Below, piece after piece: positions 1 through 9,092 of a DNA stretch of 32,000 nt. The position numbers were made by a program, and so were the translations under genes. Each line of letters starts with the position of its first letter. The first letter of the stretch is position 1. The stretch is from Candidatus Thorarchaeota archaeon (GTDB lineage Archaea > Asgardarchaeota > Thorarchaeia > Thorarchaeales > Thorarchaeaceae): NCBI GenBank assembly GCA_003345555.1, contig PRDJ01000018.1, positions 4,429 through 36,428 on the forward strand, in the 5' to 3' direction. The notes below the pieces were generated by a model that saw only the letters and a program-made list of their open reading frames with translations, was not told the origin of the DNA and did no database searches.

Positions 1-2
1 AA

Positions 3-278
3 CCGGGCTGGAGTTGGATACCCTTCGGTCCAATGTTTGCTTTCCATTCGCAGCAGATTCTACTCTGGTCATTCGTTATTCTCTTCTCCGTAGCTCTATT
101 CAATCTGCTTCCTATCCCTGCACTAGACGGAGACAAGCTCCTTTCGAACGCGCTTAGCCTGAAGATAAAGAGCAAGAGGACGCTTATGGCAATCATGTGG
201 CCCATGAGAATTGCCGCCGTATCAGTCATCGTCCTCAGCATAGTTCTCTCCTTATGGTTCGGCAAAGGTCTGTTCTAG
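3..278 (+). CDS. Site-2 (M50 family) intramembrane metalloprotease, C-terminal fragment (5' partial)
   Basis: Frame is open to the window edge. NLLPIPALDGDK matches the M50 NxxPxxxLDG motif and is flanked by hydrophobic helices. Confidence 0.8.
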   Translation, partial: PGWSWIPFGPMFAFHSQQILLWSFVILFSVALFNLLPIPALDGDKLLSNALSLKIKSKRTLMAIMWPMRIAAVSVIVLSIVLSLWFGKGLF

Positions 279-401
279 TCGGAGCAGGTTCGATTTGCCG
301 GTGACGTGATTCAACAGGCAATGAGCTCAGCTCGCGGGAAATCGCCCGATGACTAATCTTAACTGCTGATGCTGCCTAGCCCCTCCGCCAGAGTGGTCCA
401 G

Positions 402-1331
402 ATGCAGTCCATATGTTCGAAGTGCAACCAGCCCGCCGTGTACCTCAGGCAATACACTTCAGAATCCCTCTGCAAATCCTGCTTGGTAAAGACCACTGTG
501 GAACGAGTGAGGCGGAACATAAACAAGAGCCAAATGCTGAAAGAAGACGACCGAATTGTTGTTGGTGTATCCGGGGGCAAGGACAGTGCCACACTTCTAG
601 ATACACTCTTCAGAATTGAAAAGGACTTCCCGCAGGCCGAACTGATTCCTGTGCTAATCGATGAGGGCATAGAAGGTTATAGAGACAAGGGACTCGAAAC
701 CGCCCGCCAATTGACATCATCCTTGGGCCTCGAGCTCGAGATTCGTACGTTCAAGGATCTTTATGGTCACACGCTGGATGACATCATCCGCCTGCGACCT
801 GCGGATTCTAATGGGGCATGCACATACTGCGGTGTGCTCAGGCGGCGTGCTCTGAACACTGCGGCACTGGAGCTCGAAGCTGACGTTGTTGCCACGGGCC
901 ACAACATGGATGACGAGGCTCAGACAATACTGATGAATGTCATAAGGGGTGACAGTCAGAGGATTGTTCGGACAAACAGACCACGCGATCATTCCATCAA
1001 AGGATTCGTGCCGAGGGTAAAGCCCCTCAGTGAGCTGTCGACCAGAGACACAGTTGTTTATGCCTATCATGTTGGACTGCCATACCACGACATTCCTTGT
1101 CCGTACGCCAGCGAAGCACTTCGCAACGACCTGAGATTGTTTCTGAACGAGATGGAGCACAAGCGGCCGGGCACTCTACTTGCCATTCTGCATTCGGGTG
1201 AGACGATGTCAGAAGCAATGGAGCACCAAGAGGGCGTCTCGGACGCCACAGTGTGTGAGAGTTGTGGTGAGCCTGCTTCTTCCAGATTGTGTAAAGTGTG
1301 CGCCATACTTCAGGAAATAGAAGGGTGGTAA
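402..1331 (+). CDS. ncsA: tRNA 2-thiolation protein NcsA/TtuA/Ctu1 family (PP-loop ATPase)
   Basis: SGGKDS PP-loop, CTYC, GHNMDDEAQT, CPY, and N- and C-terminal CxxC Zn fingers. ATG at 402 preferred over track start 369. Confidence 0.9.
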   Translation: MQSICSKCNQPAVYLRQYTSESLCKSCLVKTTVERVRRNINKSQMLKEDDRIVVGVSGGKDSATLLDTLFRIEKDFPQAELIPVLIDEGIEGYRDKGLETARQLTSSLGLELEIRTFKDLYGHTLDDIIRLRPADSNGACTYCGVLRRRALNTAALELEADVVATGHNMDDEAQTILMNVIRGDSQRIVRTNRPRDHSIKGFVPRVKPLSELSTRDTVVYAYHVGLPYHDIPCPYASEALRNDLRLFLNEMEHKRPGTLLAILHSGETMSEAMEHQEGVSDATVCESCGEPASSRLCKVCAILQEIEGW

Positions 1332-1334
1332 GGA

Positions 1335-2036
1335 GTGGCCAAGAAACCCGAAATCCTTCATGAGCCAAGGATTATCGAGTACGGGACGAATCGCTGGGAA
1401 CTGCTTGCTGCTTTAAGGTCTAGAGCTCTTGAAACCATGGAAGCGCTTGAGTCTGTGTCTTTGAAGCCCTTTGCCTACGGATCGATTGCGCGCGGGGATG
1501 TGAGTCCCTCATCTGATATTGACGTGGTGATACCATACCCGATATCCAGCTATAAACTTGAAACAGTTCTTCCGTCACCCATCAGAAGGGAGCTTGCCCA
1601 AGCTACTCCGTCAATGGTTCTGAAGGGACATATCTATATTCAAGATGGTGTGTGCGTGAGTTTTCCGATCTTCAAGATGCGTCAGAGGGAATTTGAGTTC
1701 TACAAGTGGGGTGGCCAGGTTGACAGCCAGCAGATACAGAACGAGATTCGGGTCTCGGGTGTTGACAAGAGGCTGCTCTTGATTGAGCCGACTCCCACTG
1801 GTCATAGGGAGAGTGGCGTTGTCGGCCACGAGAGCGAAGTTGCGAAGAAACTGTCCGTAAGTCTAGGCATAGCACAGGAGAGAGTTCGAGTCCTCACGAG
1901 AAGAGACGCTATTGGCAGAACGGGTATCTACAGGACCCACGTCCTTGCCGATACAGAAGGCTTCGAGGAGACTGCGAAAACACTGATGGACACAGACCCG
2001 GCATTGCGCAGGACAGTCGGAAGACGAGAGAGGTAG
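1335..2036 (+). CDS. Pol-beta superfamily nucleotidyltransferase (archaeal uncharacterised family)
   Basis: YGSIARGDVSPSSDIDV is a GS...DxD nucleotidyltransferase motif. GTG start 3 nt after the ncsA stop. Confidence 0.8.
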   Translation: MAKKPEILHEPRIIEYGTNRWELLAALRSRALETMEALESVSLKPFAYGSIARGDVSPSSDIDVVIPYPISSYKLETVLPSPIRRELAQATPSMVLKGHIYIQDGVCVSFPIFKMRQREFEFYKWGGQVDSQQIQNEIRVSGVDKRLLLIEPTPTGHRESGVVGHESEVAKKLSVSLGIAQERVRVLTRRDAIGRTGIYRTHVLADTEGFEETAKTLMDTDPALRRTVGRRER

Positions 2037-3161
2037 GTGCAGCCAATGGCCCGTGCTATCAAGCAGATTGCTGGGGATTCGCTTCTTGTCGGAAAGCTTC
2101 CTATGGGCTGCAGGCTGTGCGCCAAGGGATCAAAGATGGTACTCTTTGTGACTGGCCTGTGTGACAGCACGTGCTATTACTGTCCTCTATCCATAGAGAA
2201 GGCTGGTAAGGATGTCACGTTCGCCGATGAGATCCCTGTTCTCTCTGATAGCGACGTAGTCTCCGAATTAGATGCTATTGGCGCTAAAGGATCGGGGTTC
2301 AGTGGCGGCGATCCACTCTGTAGAGTTGAACGGACTCTGCATTACCTCAAGCTGCTCAAGTCCGTCCCTACGCCTGCTTTCCACATTCATTTGTATACCA
2401 GCAAATGCAATGTTGACAAAGCAACGCTGAAGAAACTTAGGAACGCCGGCCTAGACGAAATCAGGTTTCACCCACAAACAGATGACTGGACTGGCGTCGA
2501 GAATGCAGTGGCCACTGGAATCAACGTAGGCTTGGAGGTCCCGGCTATCCCTGGCACCGCTGATTGGCTTCAAGCTCTGGCAATGAGAGCCGAGGAGATT
2601 GGCGTATCCTTCATGAATATCAATGAGCTCGAAGCAAGTGAATCCAACTTCCAGCGCATAGCAGCTCTTGGAATGAGGCTTGGGAGCATGGACGCATCTA
2701 GCGTGGCAGGAAGCAGAGAAACCGCAAAGGAAGTCATGGAGTGGGGAACGCAAAACCTGTCCAAGCTCTCCCTCCATTACTGTTCCGCCCGGTTTAAAGA
2801 TGCCATACAAATGCGCAATCGGCTGGAACGGCGATTGAAAAGAACTCGTCGACCTTTCGAGGAACGTGACGATTCAGATCCACTGTTGATTCTGGGTGTC
2901 GTAAGAGCGCCGCATGGCCAGCGCCTAGACATGCCCGCACTTTCCTCTATACAGGATGCTTTGAGGTCATACTTCGACGTTCCGTCCCGTCTCATGAACG
3001 TAGACACCAAAAGGATGCGAATTGAGATTGCGCCATGGGTCTTGACAGAAATAGCCGGCGAACTTAGAAGGACCGTGAAGCAAGGTTTCGAGATTGAGGT
3101 GGGCATCGTGCATGAGTACCCCACGTGGGATAGGCTCCAGACGCTTTTCAGCCCTCTCTGA
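2037..3161 (+). CDS. Uncharacterised archaeal radical SAM protein
   Basis: CDSTCYYC CxxxCxxC motif, SGGDP motif, and an extra N-terminal CRLC. Abuts the upstream gene. Confidence 0.85.
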   Translation: MQPMARAIKQIAGDSLLVGKLPMGCRLCAKGSKMVLFVTGLCDSTCYYCPLSIEKAGKDVTFADEIPVLSDSDVVSELDAIGAKGSGFSGGDPLCRVERTLHYLKLLKSVPTPAFHIHLYTSKCNVDKATLKKLRNAGLDEIRFHPQTDDWTGVENAVATGINVGLEVPAIPGTADWLQALAMRAEEIGVSFMNINELEASESNFQRIAALGMRLGSMDASSVAGSRETAKEVMEWGTQNLSKLSLHYCSARFKDAIQMRNRLERRLKRTRRPFEERDDSDPLLILGVVRAPHGQRLDMPALSSIQDALRSYFDVPSRLMNVDTKRMRIEIAPWVLTEIAGELRRTVKQGFEIEVGIVHEYPTWDRLQTLFSPL

Positions 3162-4250
3162 TCAATCGCCTATTCTGAATCTGAGGATCGCCGCGATTCC
3201 TCCGAGGCGCTGCAGCTGATCTCCCGCCGGATGATCTGTCGATACCACATTAAACACGGCGCGAGTTTTCTCACTGTCGTGAATCAGCTGGTCGAGCCAT
3301 CTGCGTTGTTCTTCTGTTCCCTCTCTGAGTCTCTTATCCGTTATGAGCAAGTTCTGAATGGCACCGTACTGGGCTGCCTTCTCGACTTCCTTTTCTCCGT
3401 ACGCTGCAAGCCCGTCTCCTTTTGCCACGTGGGCGATGAAATCTTCCACCAGTTTCGTCTCGGTTTCAATCTTCAATTCGGACAATGCATTTGAAATGAC
3501 GCCCTTGTAGAGTATCTCCTTTGCACCGGGGATCCCAATGGAATTCGCACTCTCGACCACGATTGGAGGCATTCCCTTGAAACCCATGGCAGATAGATAC
3601 TCACTGAAATGCTCTTTGACAAAGCCCGGTCCTGCTATGACTATCAGACCGATTTTGTTCTGTTCGAGCTGGGAGCGAAGAGCAGTTGCAACTTCGGAGA
3701 AGAACTCAGACATTGTGGTGTCGTAGGCCTTTTGGTCTCCTCGCTTACGAGATATGCTCGTGTATATGCTTACAGCCTCTCGTATTCCATAATCGGCGAC
3801 GAGAATTATGTCTGAAGCACCATCTTCTATTGTAACAACAGCACAGATTGGATGGGCTTGAGCACGTTCTGCTTCCTCGATTCGCTTAAGCAGGAAGTCT
3901 GGCCAATGTGTTTTAACGATGGTCAGTATATCCCCCATCTCGATGTTGAAAGTATGATAGGAACCGATACTTACGAGGTCGGCGGGACCTTCGAGAATCT
4001 TGCCCTTTATCCTAACTCTGTTTGAAAAAGTATGGAATGCGACGTCCTCGACCGACAGCACAAGGGTCATTGGCTTGCGAATGCTGTCCTGTTTCCGGTC
4101 ATCCTCATCGCCGACCTTGACTCGTCGAATGGTCCGTGCGATGACGACATCCCCTGCGGCTACGATATTGTACAGATGCCATAGGTCATCCAAGGTTTCG
4201 ACCTTGAGTTCGATTTTGCCCTCCTTCAAGATCCTCTTGATAACCTTCAA
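3162..4250 (-). CDS. pelA: Pelota / Dom34 ribosome rescue factor
   Basis: ETLDDLWHLYNIV, eRF1-like domains, AGPGFVKE, GDQLQRLGGIAAILRF. TTG start. Confidence 0.95.
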   Translation of the reverse strand: MKVIKRILKEGKIELKVETLDDLWHLYNIVAAGDVVIARTIRRVKVGDEDDRKQDSIRKPMTLVLSVEDVAFHTFSNRVRIKGKILEGPADLVSIGSYHTFNIEMGDILTIVKTHWPDFLLKRIEEAERAQAHPICAVVTIEDGASDIILVADYGIREAVSIYTSISRKRGDQKAYDTTMSEFFSEVATALRSQLEQNKIGLIVIAGPGFVKEHFSEYLSAMGFKGMPPIVVESANSIGIPGAKEILYKGVISNALSELKIETETKLVEDFIAHVAKGDGLAAYGEKEVEKAAQYGAIQNLLITDKRLREGTEEQRRWLDQLIHDSEKTRAVFNVVSTDHPAGDQLQRLGGIAAILRFRIGD

Positions 4251-4277
4251 CTTGACATCTAGCGCCTATCATTTCTA

Positions 4278-5771
4278 TCACAAGAAATAGCTTCCGAACT
4301 CGTCAGCATACCTAGCGCTGTTTGGATGGGCCGTCTGAGTATCGAGCCCTCCAATCCCATCGAAGAGAGATTCTGCCTGCTTGACGTGTTCGGGCAAGAC
4401 AAACTCCTCCTGATCACGTACTGCAAGGTCTCCCGCAATTCTGACTAGTCCACCGAGTTCGCGAAGCCTGAGCGTAAGTGCTCCCCTCTGCCCATCTAAC
4501 CTGTACGCGAAATCCTCGGAAATTCTGAGGATCGACTCAACCGAGCTGGCTGTCAGATGGGGTATTCTACCATCTTGTTCGACGGTTTGTGCGATGAACT
4601 GCACTGTTTTACTAACATTCTCTGTTGTCTTAGGCATGAATGTAGAGAGCATGATTTCATACCCGTAGCCTCTGATTCGTGAGCGCAGCGGCGGGAGTAT
4701 GCTGGGCAAGTCTTCAGGATTGCAGGATGCAAACAGTAGAAAGTCACAGGGGACATCATCCACCCGTACAGCTGCGCCAGAACTCTGAGGATTATGTCCT
4801 GTTATCGGATATTTGCGGTCTTGCATCGCGGTTAGCAAGTGCTTCTGATGAGACCCCAGCGCAGCAATCTCGTCTACATACAATAAGCCCTCGTGTGCTT
4901 CGTGGATGGCCCCTGGAACCACTCTCCTGTAAGCAGGCACACCTAGGGCGTCTGCGCTGCCATAGGGGTCATGTTTCACGTCTCCTAATAGCTCGACTTC
5001 ATTTGCGCCCGTCACCCTAATGAATCGGGGACTGCCGAGCGAAACAAGGACATGTTCCTCGTTTTCGATGAGGGCTGCGGCTAAAGGGCTGTTCTTCTCA
5101 AGGCCTCTGAATACCTGTATCAAATCATGTCCAGCCCTTCTGTATTCTACCTGATGCATAATGTTGTCGACGTTCTCGCGGCATGTCACAGACATAAGAG
5201 CGCGTTCGCCTACGACGTCGAGAGCACGGAATAGGCCATGATACGAACCATCACCAAGCCAGTCACATCTCTTGGGACTGCCGCAGTCCACACAGGTACT
5301 CTGGCTCGGCGAAGAGAAGCTACCACATTTCGGGCACCTATAGCCCATCTTTGATGCGACTTCGAATGGCATCTCCTCGGGCCGGATGTAGGTAGAATCA
5401 GGAGGGGCGCTCGCGTTTTCTCGTTGCCCCTGGTCGTCGTCAAGTCTTATGACCACAACACGAGGTCTGTCTGGACGGGATGGGTCGTGTCGGAGCCTTA
5501 TCTCCTCTCTGGGTTTGGGAAGAAGAGTATAGGCCGCTTCTGCAAGCAGGGACTTCCCGATTCCGGGTGCTCCGCATAGAAGAACGTGCCTCCGTTGCAT
5601 CACAGCTGAACGGACCACGGAAACTGCATGGTCTTGACCGATTATCCGCTCAAATGGATCTTTAGGGACGGTCACTTCTGCAGTGGTTTCCATTACACCC
5701 AAGACAGAAGCCAAGTTCGACGTCCTCGCACCTTTCGGTGCGCTAGTTTCCTTGGAGCAAAGTGATAACAC
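4278..5771 (-). CDS. Lon(B)-type AAA+ ATPase with Zn ribbon, lacking protease domain
   Basis: LonB-like N-terminus ETTAEVTVPKDPFERIIGQ, Walker A GAPGIGKS, Walker B LYVDE, Arg finger LRSRI, sensor LRLRELGGL, and CPKC..CVDC insertion. Ends after the AAA lid. True start is probably nearer 5693-5714. Confidence 0.85.
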   Translation of the reverse strand: MLSLCSKETSAPKGARTSNLASVLGVMETTAEVTVPKDPFERIIGQDHAVSVVRSAVMQRRHVLLCGAPGIGKSLLAEAAYTLLPKPREEIRLRHDPSRPDRPRVVVIRLDDDQGQRENASAPPDSTYIRPEEMPFEVASKMGYRCPKCGSFSSPSQSTCVDCGSPKRCDWLGDGSYHGLFRALDVVGERALMSVTCRENVDNIMHQVEYRRAGHDLIQVFRGLEKNSPLAAALIENEEHVLVSLGSPRFIRVTGANEVELLGDVKHDPYGSADALGVPAYRRVVPGAIHEAHEGLLYVDEIAALGSHQKHLLTAMQDRKYPITGHNPQSSGAAVRVDDVPCDFLLFASCNPEDLPSILPPLRSRIRGYGYEIMLSTFMPKTTENVSKTVQFIAQTVEQDGRIPHLTASSVESILRISEDFAYRLDGQRGALTLRLRELGGLVRIAGDLAVRDQEEFVLPEHVKQAESLFDGIGGLDTQTAHPNSARYADEFGSYFL

Positions 5772-5882
5772 TGTGTAATACGGGCGGCGAAACTTGGGGC
5801 GGACCAGTCTCGGGTCTGTTCGAACTAGTCTGATTCTAGACTGTGAATCCCTAGTGACGCACTCAATGTAGAGTCCGTGCGC

Positions 5883-5966
5883 GAGAGACGCGAAATATGA
5901 AACCGGAGAGACGTCGCTCTCGTGTTTTTCCTGAGAGACGAAATTCGGTCTTCTCTCCGGTCTTCA
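5883..5966. repeat. Three GAGAGACG direct repeats inside a nested inverted-repeat structure
   Basis: GAGAGACG at 5883, 5906 and 5933. ACCGGAGAGA (5902-5911) is the perfect reverse complement of TCTCTCCGGT (5952-5961). Confidence 0.7.
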
Positions 5967-6003
5967 CTAGCAATGTCGGAGTTGACATGAGCGGCTCCGG
6001 CAA

Positions 6004-7305
6004 CTAATGTTCGAAGTCACCAAAGGTAGCAATCTGAAGGCTGGCTGGTTTGCTCTCGATGTCTGCGACGGCTGCGCCGATAATGAGCCGCATCTGCTTT
6101 GTGGCGGCCATATCGACCAATCGCTGTGTCACGACACCATCAAACACAACAGCATCGACGCTGCTTTGCGATTCTAGCGTTTTCGCGAGGTCTGCAACCC
6201 CACATTCCACCAGAACCTCCCTATTCTTGTTGAATAACACAGCTTTGAAAGACTCCTTGATTTGAGGTATCTTGGCGAGGAAAACTTGGTCGACTTGTGG
6301 TACGGCCCGCTGATGTCCTCTGTTTGGCCTCGGAGGCGCTTTCGGCGGTTCTACTTTCTTCTCCTCAGTTCGATGCACTTCCTCTTTTCGGCTCTCCTCT
6401 TTTCTGGGTGGCCTTGGTGACCTCCTGAAAAATGACCTCTTCTTGGGCGGAGCGGCCGCTTTCGAGTCACTGACAAGAGCTAATGCCTGTTCAGCCGGTA
6501 TCTTAGTCTGCAGAGCCTTCAGGAGTTCTGGGCGCGCGAGTTCCTCCACTTCCTTGCCTTCCGGAGCTCGTGCGATATAATCCACTTTTGCGACCTGCAT
6601 TAGTTCTCTGAGTATGAGGTCTCCTCCCCGGTCCCCATCAAGAAAAGCAACAATGGTCTTCCCGGACTTTCTGGTAAGTTCTGATACGGACTTAGGAACA
6701 TGAGTTCCCTCAACAGCTACAGTGTTTTCGATACCGCTCTTCATGAGGTTAATGACATCTGCTCTACCCTCGACGATGATTATCTCGTCGCTTTCAGTAA
6801 GCTCAGGTCCTGCAGGAAGGTTCTCAGGGCCGAACTTGGCTACGGTTTTCTTCTTGCCGGCGGTGACTGCACTTGTAATCTCTTCTGTGCCAGGAGCGAT
6901 TTCTTCTTCCCAACCCTTGAGGATGCTTATTGCTCTGCTAACGACCCTTCTGCGCTTTGCCCCTCTTATGTCCTCAAGCTTCTCAAGAGTGACTTTCGCA
7001 GTGCATGGACCGACTCTGTCTACAGTCTCAAGTGAGGCTGCTAACATCGCAGTAGCTGTCTTGTTCAATGAGACCGGTATTACTATCTCTCCTTTGCTCA
7101 TTCCACCCTCGGACTTGACAGCAATCTGAATTCTTCCTACTCGTCCTGTACGCTGAAGCTCACGAAGGTCGAGATCCTCGCCCAGAAGCCCCTCTGTCTG
7201 ACCGAATATCGCTCCTACCACATCCGGCTTGTCAACGACTCCTTCAATCTCTATCTTTGCCCTTATCACGTACTTAGCAGTACTTTGGTCAAAATCTGTC
7301 CCTAT
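6004..7305 (-). CDS. dnaG: Archaeal DnaG-type primase / exosome-associated DnaG
   Basis: KPDVVGAIFGQTEGLLG, TOPRIM IIVEGRADV and FLDGDRGG. First canonical start is GTG at 7269; an in-frame ATA at 7305 gives a more complete N-terminus. Confidence 0.95.
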   Translation of the reverse strand: MGTDFDQSTAKYVIRAKIEIEGVVDKPDVVGAIFGQTEGLLGEDLDLRELQRTGRVGRIQIAVKSEGGMSKGEIVIPVSLNKTATAMLAASLETVDRVGPCTAKVTLEKLEDIRGAKRRRVVSRAISILKGWEEEIAPGTEEITSAVTAGKKKTVAKFGPENLPAGPELTESDEIIIVEGRADVINLMKSGIENTVAVEGTHVPKSVSELTRKSGKTIVAFLDGDRGGDLILRELMQVAKVDYIARAPEGKEVEELARPELLKALQTKIPAEQALALVSDSKAAAPPKKRSFFRRSPRPPRKEESRKEEVHRTEEKKVEPPKAPPRPNRGHQRAVPQVDQVFLAKIPQIKESFKAVLFNKNREVLVECGVADLAKTLESQSSVDAVVFDGVVTQRLVDMAATKQMRLIIGAAVADIESKPASLQIATFGDFEH

Positions 7306-8070
7306 TTCGATACACTTCTCCTATTCTCTACTGCCTAGTCCCCTCCTCTGATGAGTCTGGCAGTTCCGGCCAGCCGATGCCTCATTGACCTGAGATTCTC
7401 ATTCAAGGTCTGCAGCGTATTGATACTTCAGCAGAGACTCTGAGTCCTGCCTTTACTTCCGTAAAGATGATTGAGACACAGATTGTGATTGGATGAGTGA
7501 TAACGGTCGTAAGGCCCATTTGGCGAATTGTTGCCGGCTCAGGCTCCTATCAGAGCCAAGGGCCCACGGCGCATATGATGTGATGATTTGATGATATGGA
7601 AAGCTGAAGCTAGTTCAGCACTACTTGAAGCAAGTTCCGAATGCATCGTATATGAACGTGTCGCTGGTGGACATGAGAACAGGCGACAAGCCTAATAGCC
7701 TTCTAGGCTATTATCTCAATGTTCAGCAGAAGCAACACCGTGGATTCTGTACAGAACCTCGGTTAGCGACTGTTTGAACAATGACCTGCCAAACACCATA
7801 TGGACGAGCCACAACGGACCCGTATGATGTGGATGTTCATCCCAAGATGAATTCGGGTCACCTTGGTATCGTATATTGGCAGGCGGGTCGATGCCACTCA
7901 AGGTCCTTGCACGAGGCAGCTCAGCTGAGCCGGACACACGGTCCGATGCCGTGAGGTTGGGTGTTTGTGTAATCAGGGCACAGGCATCGGCCACCTTCTT
8001 CCATCTTCAAGTGCAACTCCTGAAACCACAGAACTGTTTAAGACACAGGATTTCGCCGCTACTTTAGTCC

Positions 8071-8988
8071 ATGACAAGTGTCGATCCACATCCTGACTTC
8101 GTTAGGGCCGGTCGCATTGCAGCTAGAGTGCTGTCAGAGGTAGTCGAGAAGGTCAAGCCGGGAGAGAAGATTCTAACTATATGTAATCTTGCTGAGAAGA
8201 AGATACTTGATTACGGCGGCGGGTCGGCAGGCATTGCTTTTCCATGCAACGTTTCACTGAATCAGCAAGCTGCACACTATACCAGTCCGTACGGAGACAC
8301 GTCGGTGCTGCCTGAGAAAGGTCTTGTGAAAGTAGACCTAGGTGCTCAAGTCAATGGCCACATCTCAGACACGGCAGTCACAGTCGACCTTGACGGTTCT
8401 TTCCAGCGGTTTGTGAGCGCGACAGAGGAAGCACTGGATGCTGCTATCGCCGCGATAAGACCTGGAATCAGCTTGGGTGATGTGGGGGCAATCATAGAGC
8501 GAGCGATAAGAAAGCACGGCCTAAGGCCAGTGCATCAGTTGTCAGGTCATCAGCTGAAACCATGGATCCTTCATGCTGGCAAGAGCGTACCCAATGTCGG
8601 TGTAAGACACAGCGAACGAATCGAGGTGGGCGAGACATACGCTGTAGAGCCATTCTCAACAGATGGTGACGGCACCGTAAGGAATACCGAAGCTGCTTTC
8701 ATCTTCTCTAATGTAATGAGCGAGAACCCGAAGGTTGATGGAAAGGCTCGAGAAGTGCTGAACAAGGCTCGTCAGAGATTCGGCACTCTTCCTTGGGCCT
8801 CCCGGTGGCTTCACGAGAGTTCCTTTGACGTTGTTCCAATCATTCGGGCGCTTGTCCGTATTGGAGCCGTTAGACAGTACCTTGTCCTTGTTGAAGGCAA
8901 GAACGGGATGGTTGCACAATCCGAGCACAGTCTATTCGTGAGTGATTATGGCGCCGTAGTAACGACTGCACGCAACAAACAGGATTGA
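8071..8988 (+). CDS. map: Methionine aminopeptidase type II, copy 1
   Basis: AAHYT, KVDLG...ISD, GHQL, HAG, AVEPF, QSEHS: all metal ligands present, plus the type II helical insertion. Confidence 0.92.
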   Translation: MTSVDPHPDFVRAGRIAARVLSEVVEKVKPGEKILTICNLAEKKILDYGGGSAGIAFPCNVSLNQQAAHYTSPYGDTSVLPEKGLVKVDLGAQVNGHISDTAVTVDLDGSFQRFVSATEEALDAAIAAIRPGISLGDVGAIIERAIRKHGLRPVHQLSGHQLKPWILHAGKSVPNVGVRHSERIEVGETYAVEPFSTDGDGTVRNTEAAFIFSNVMSENPKVDGKAREVLNKARQRFGTLPWASRWLHESSFDVVPIIRALVRIGAVRQYLVLVEGKNGMVAQSEHSLFVSDYGAVVTTARNKQD

Positions 8989-9092
8989 TGTCGTTTCCTC
9001 TTGTATCTTCAGGAATATCATAATGAGCCACCGAAGTTCGCTAATGAAACATCTTAAGAACTGGCGTCGAGGACTGGAACGAGGTTATCCCT

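Noticed and set aside
5864-5989. 41-aa minus-strand ORF MSTPTLLVKTGEK... between dnaG and the ATPase
   Set aside because: No recognisable motif, and it coincides with the repeat/hairpin structure.
7348-7380. CUGAUGAG plus stem as a hammerhead ribozyme
   Set aside because: The required GAAA after stem II is absent (reads CGAUG).
7330-8070. Selenoprotein (TGA read-through) in the dnaG-map gap
   Set aside because: Frames checked by hand with TGA as Sec gave no recognisable protein, and no SECIS-like element was found.
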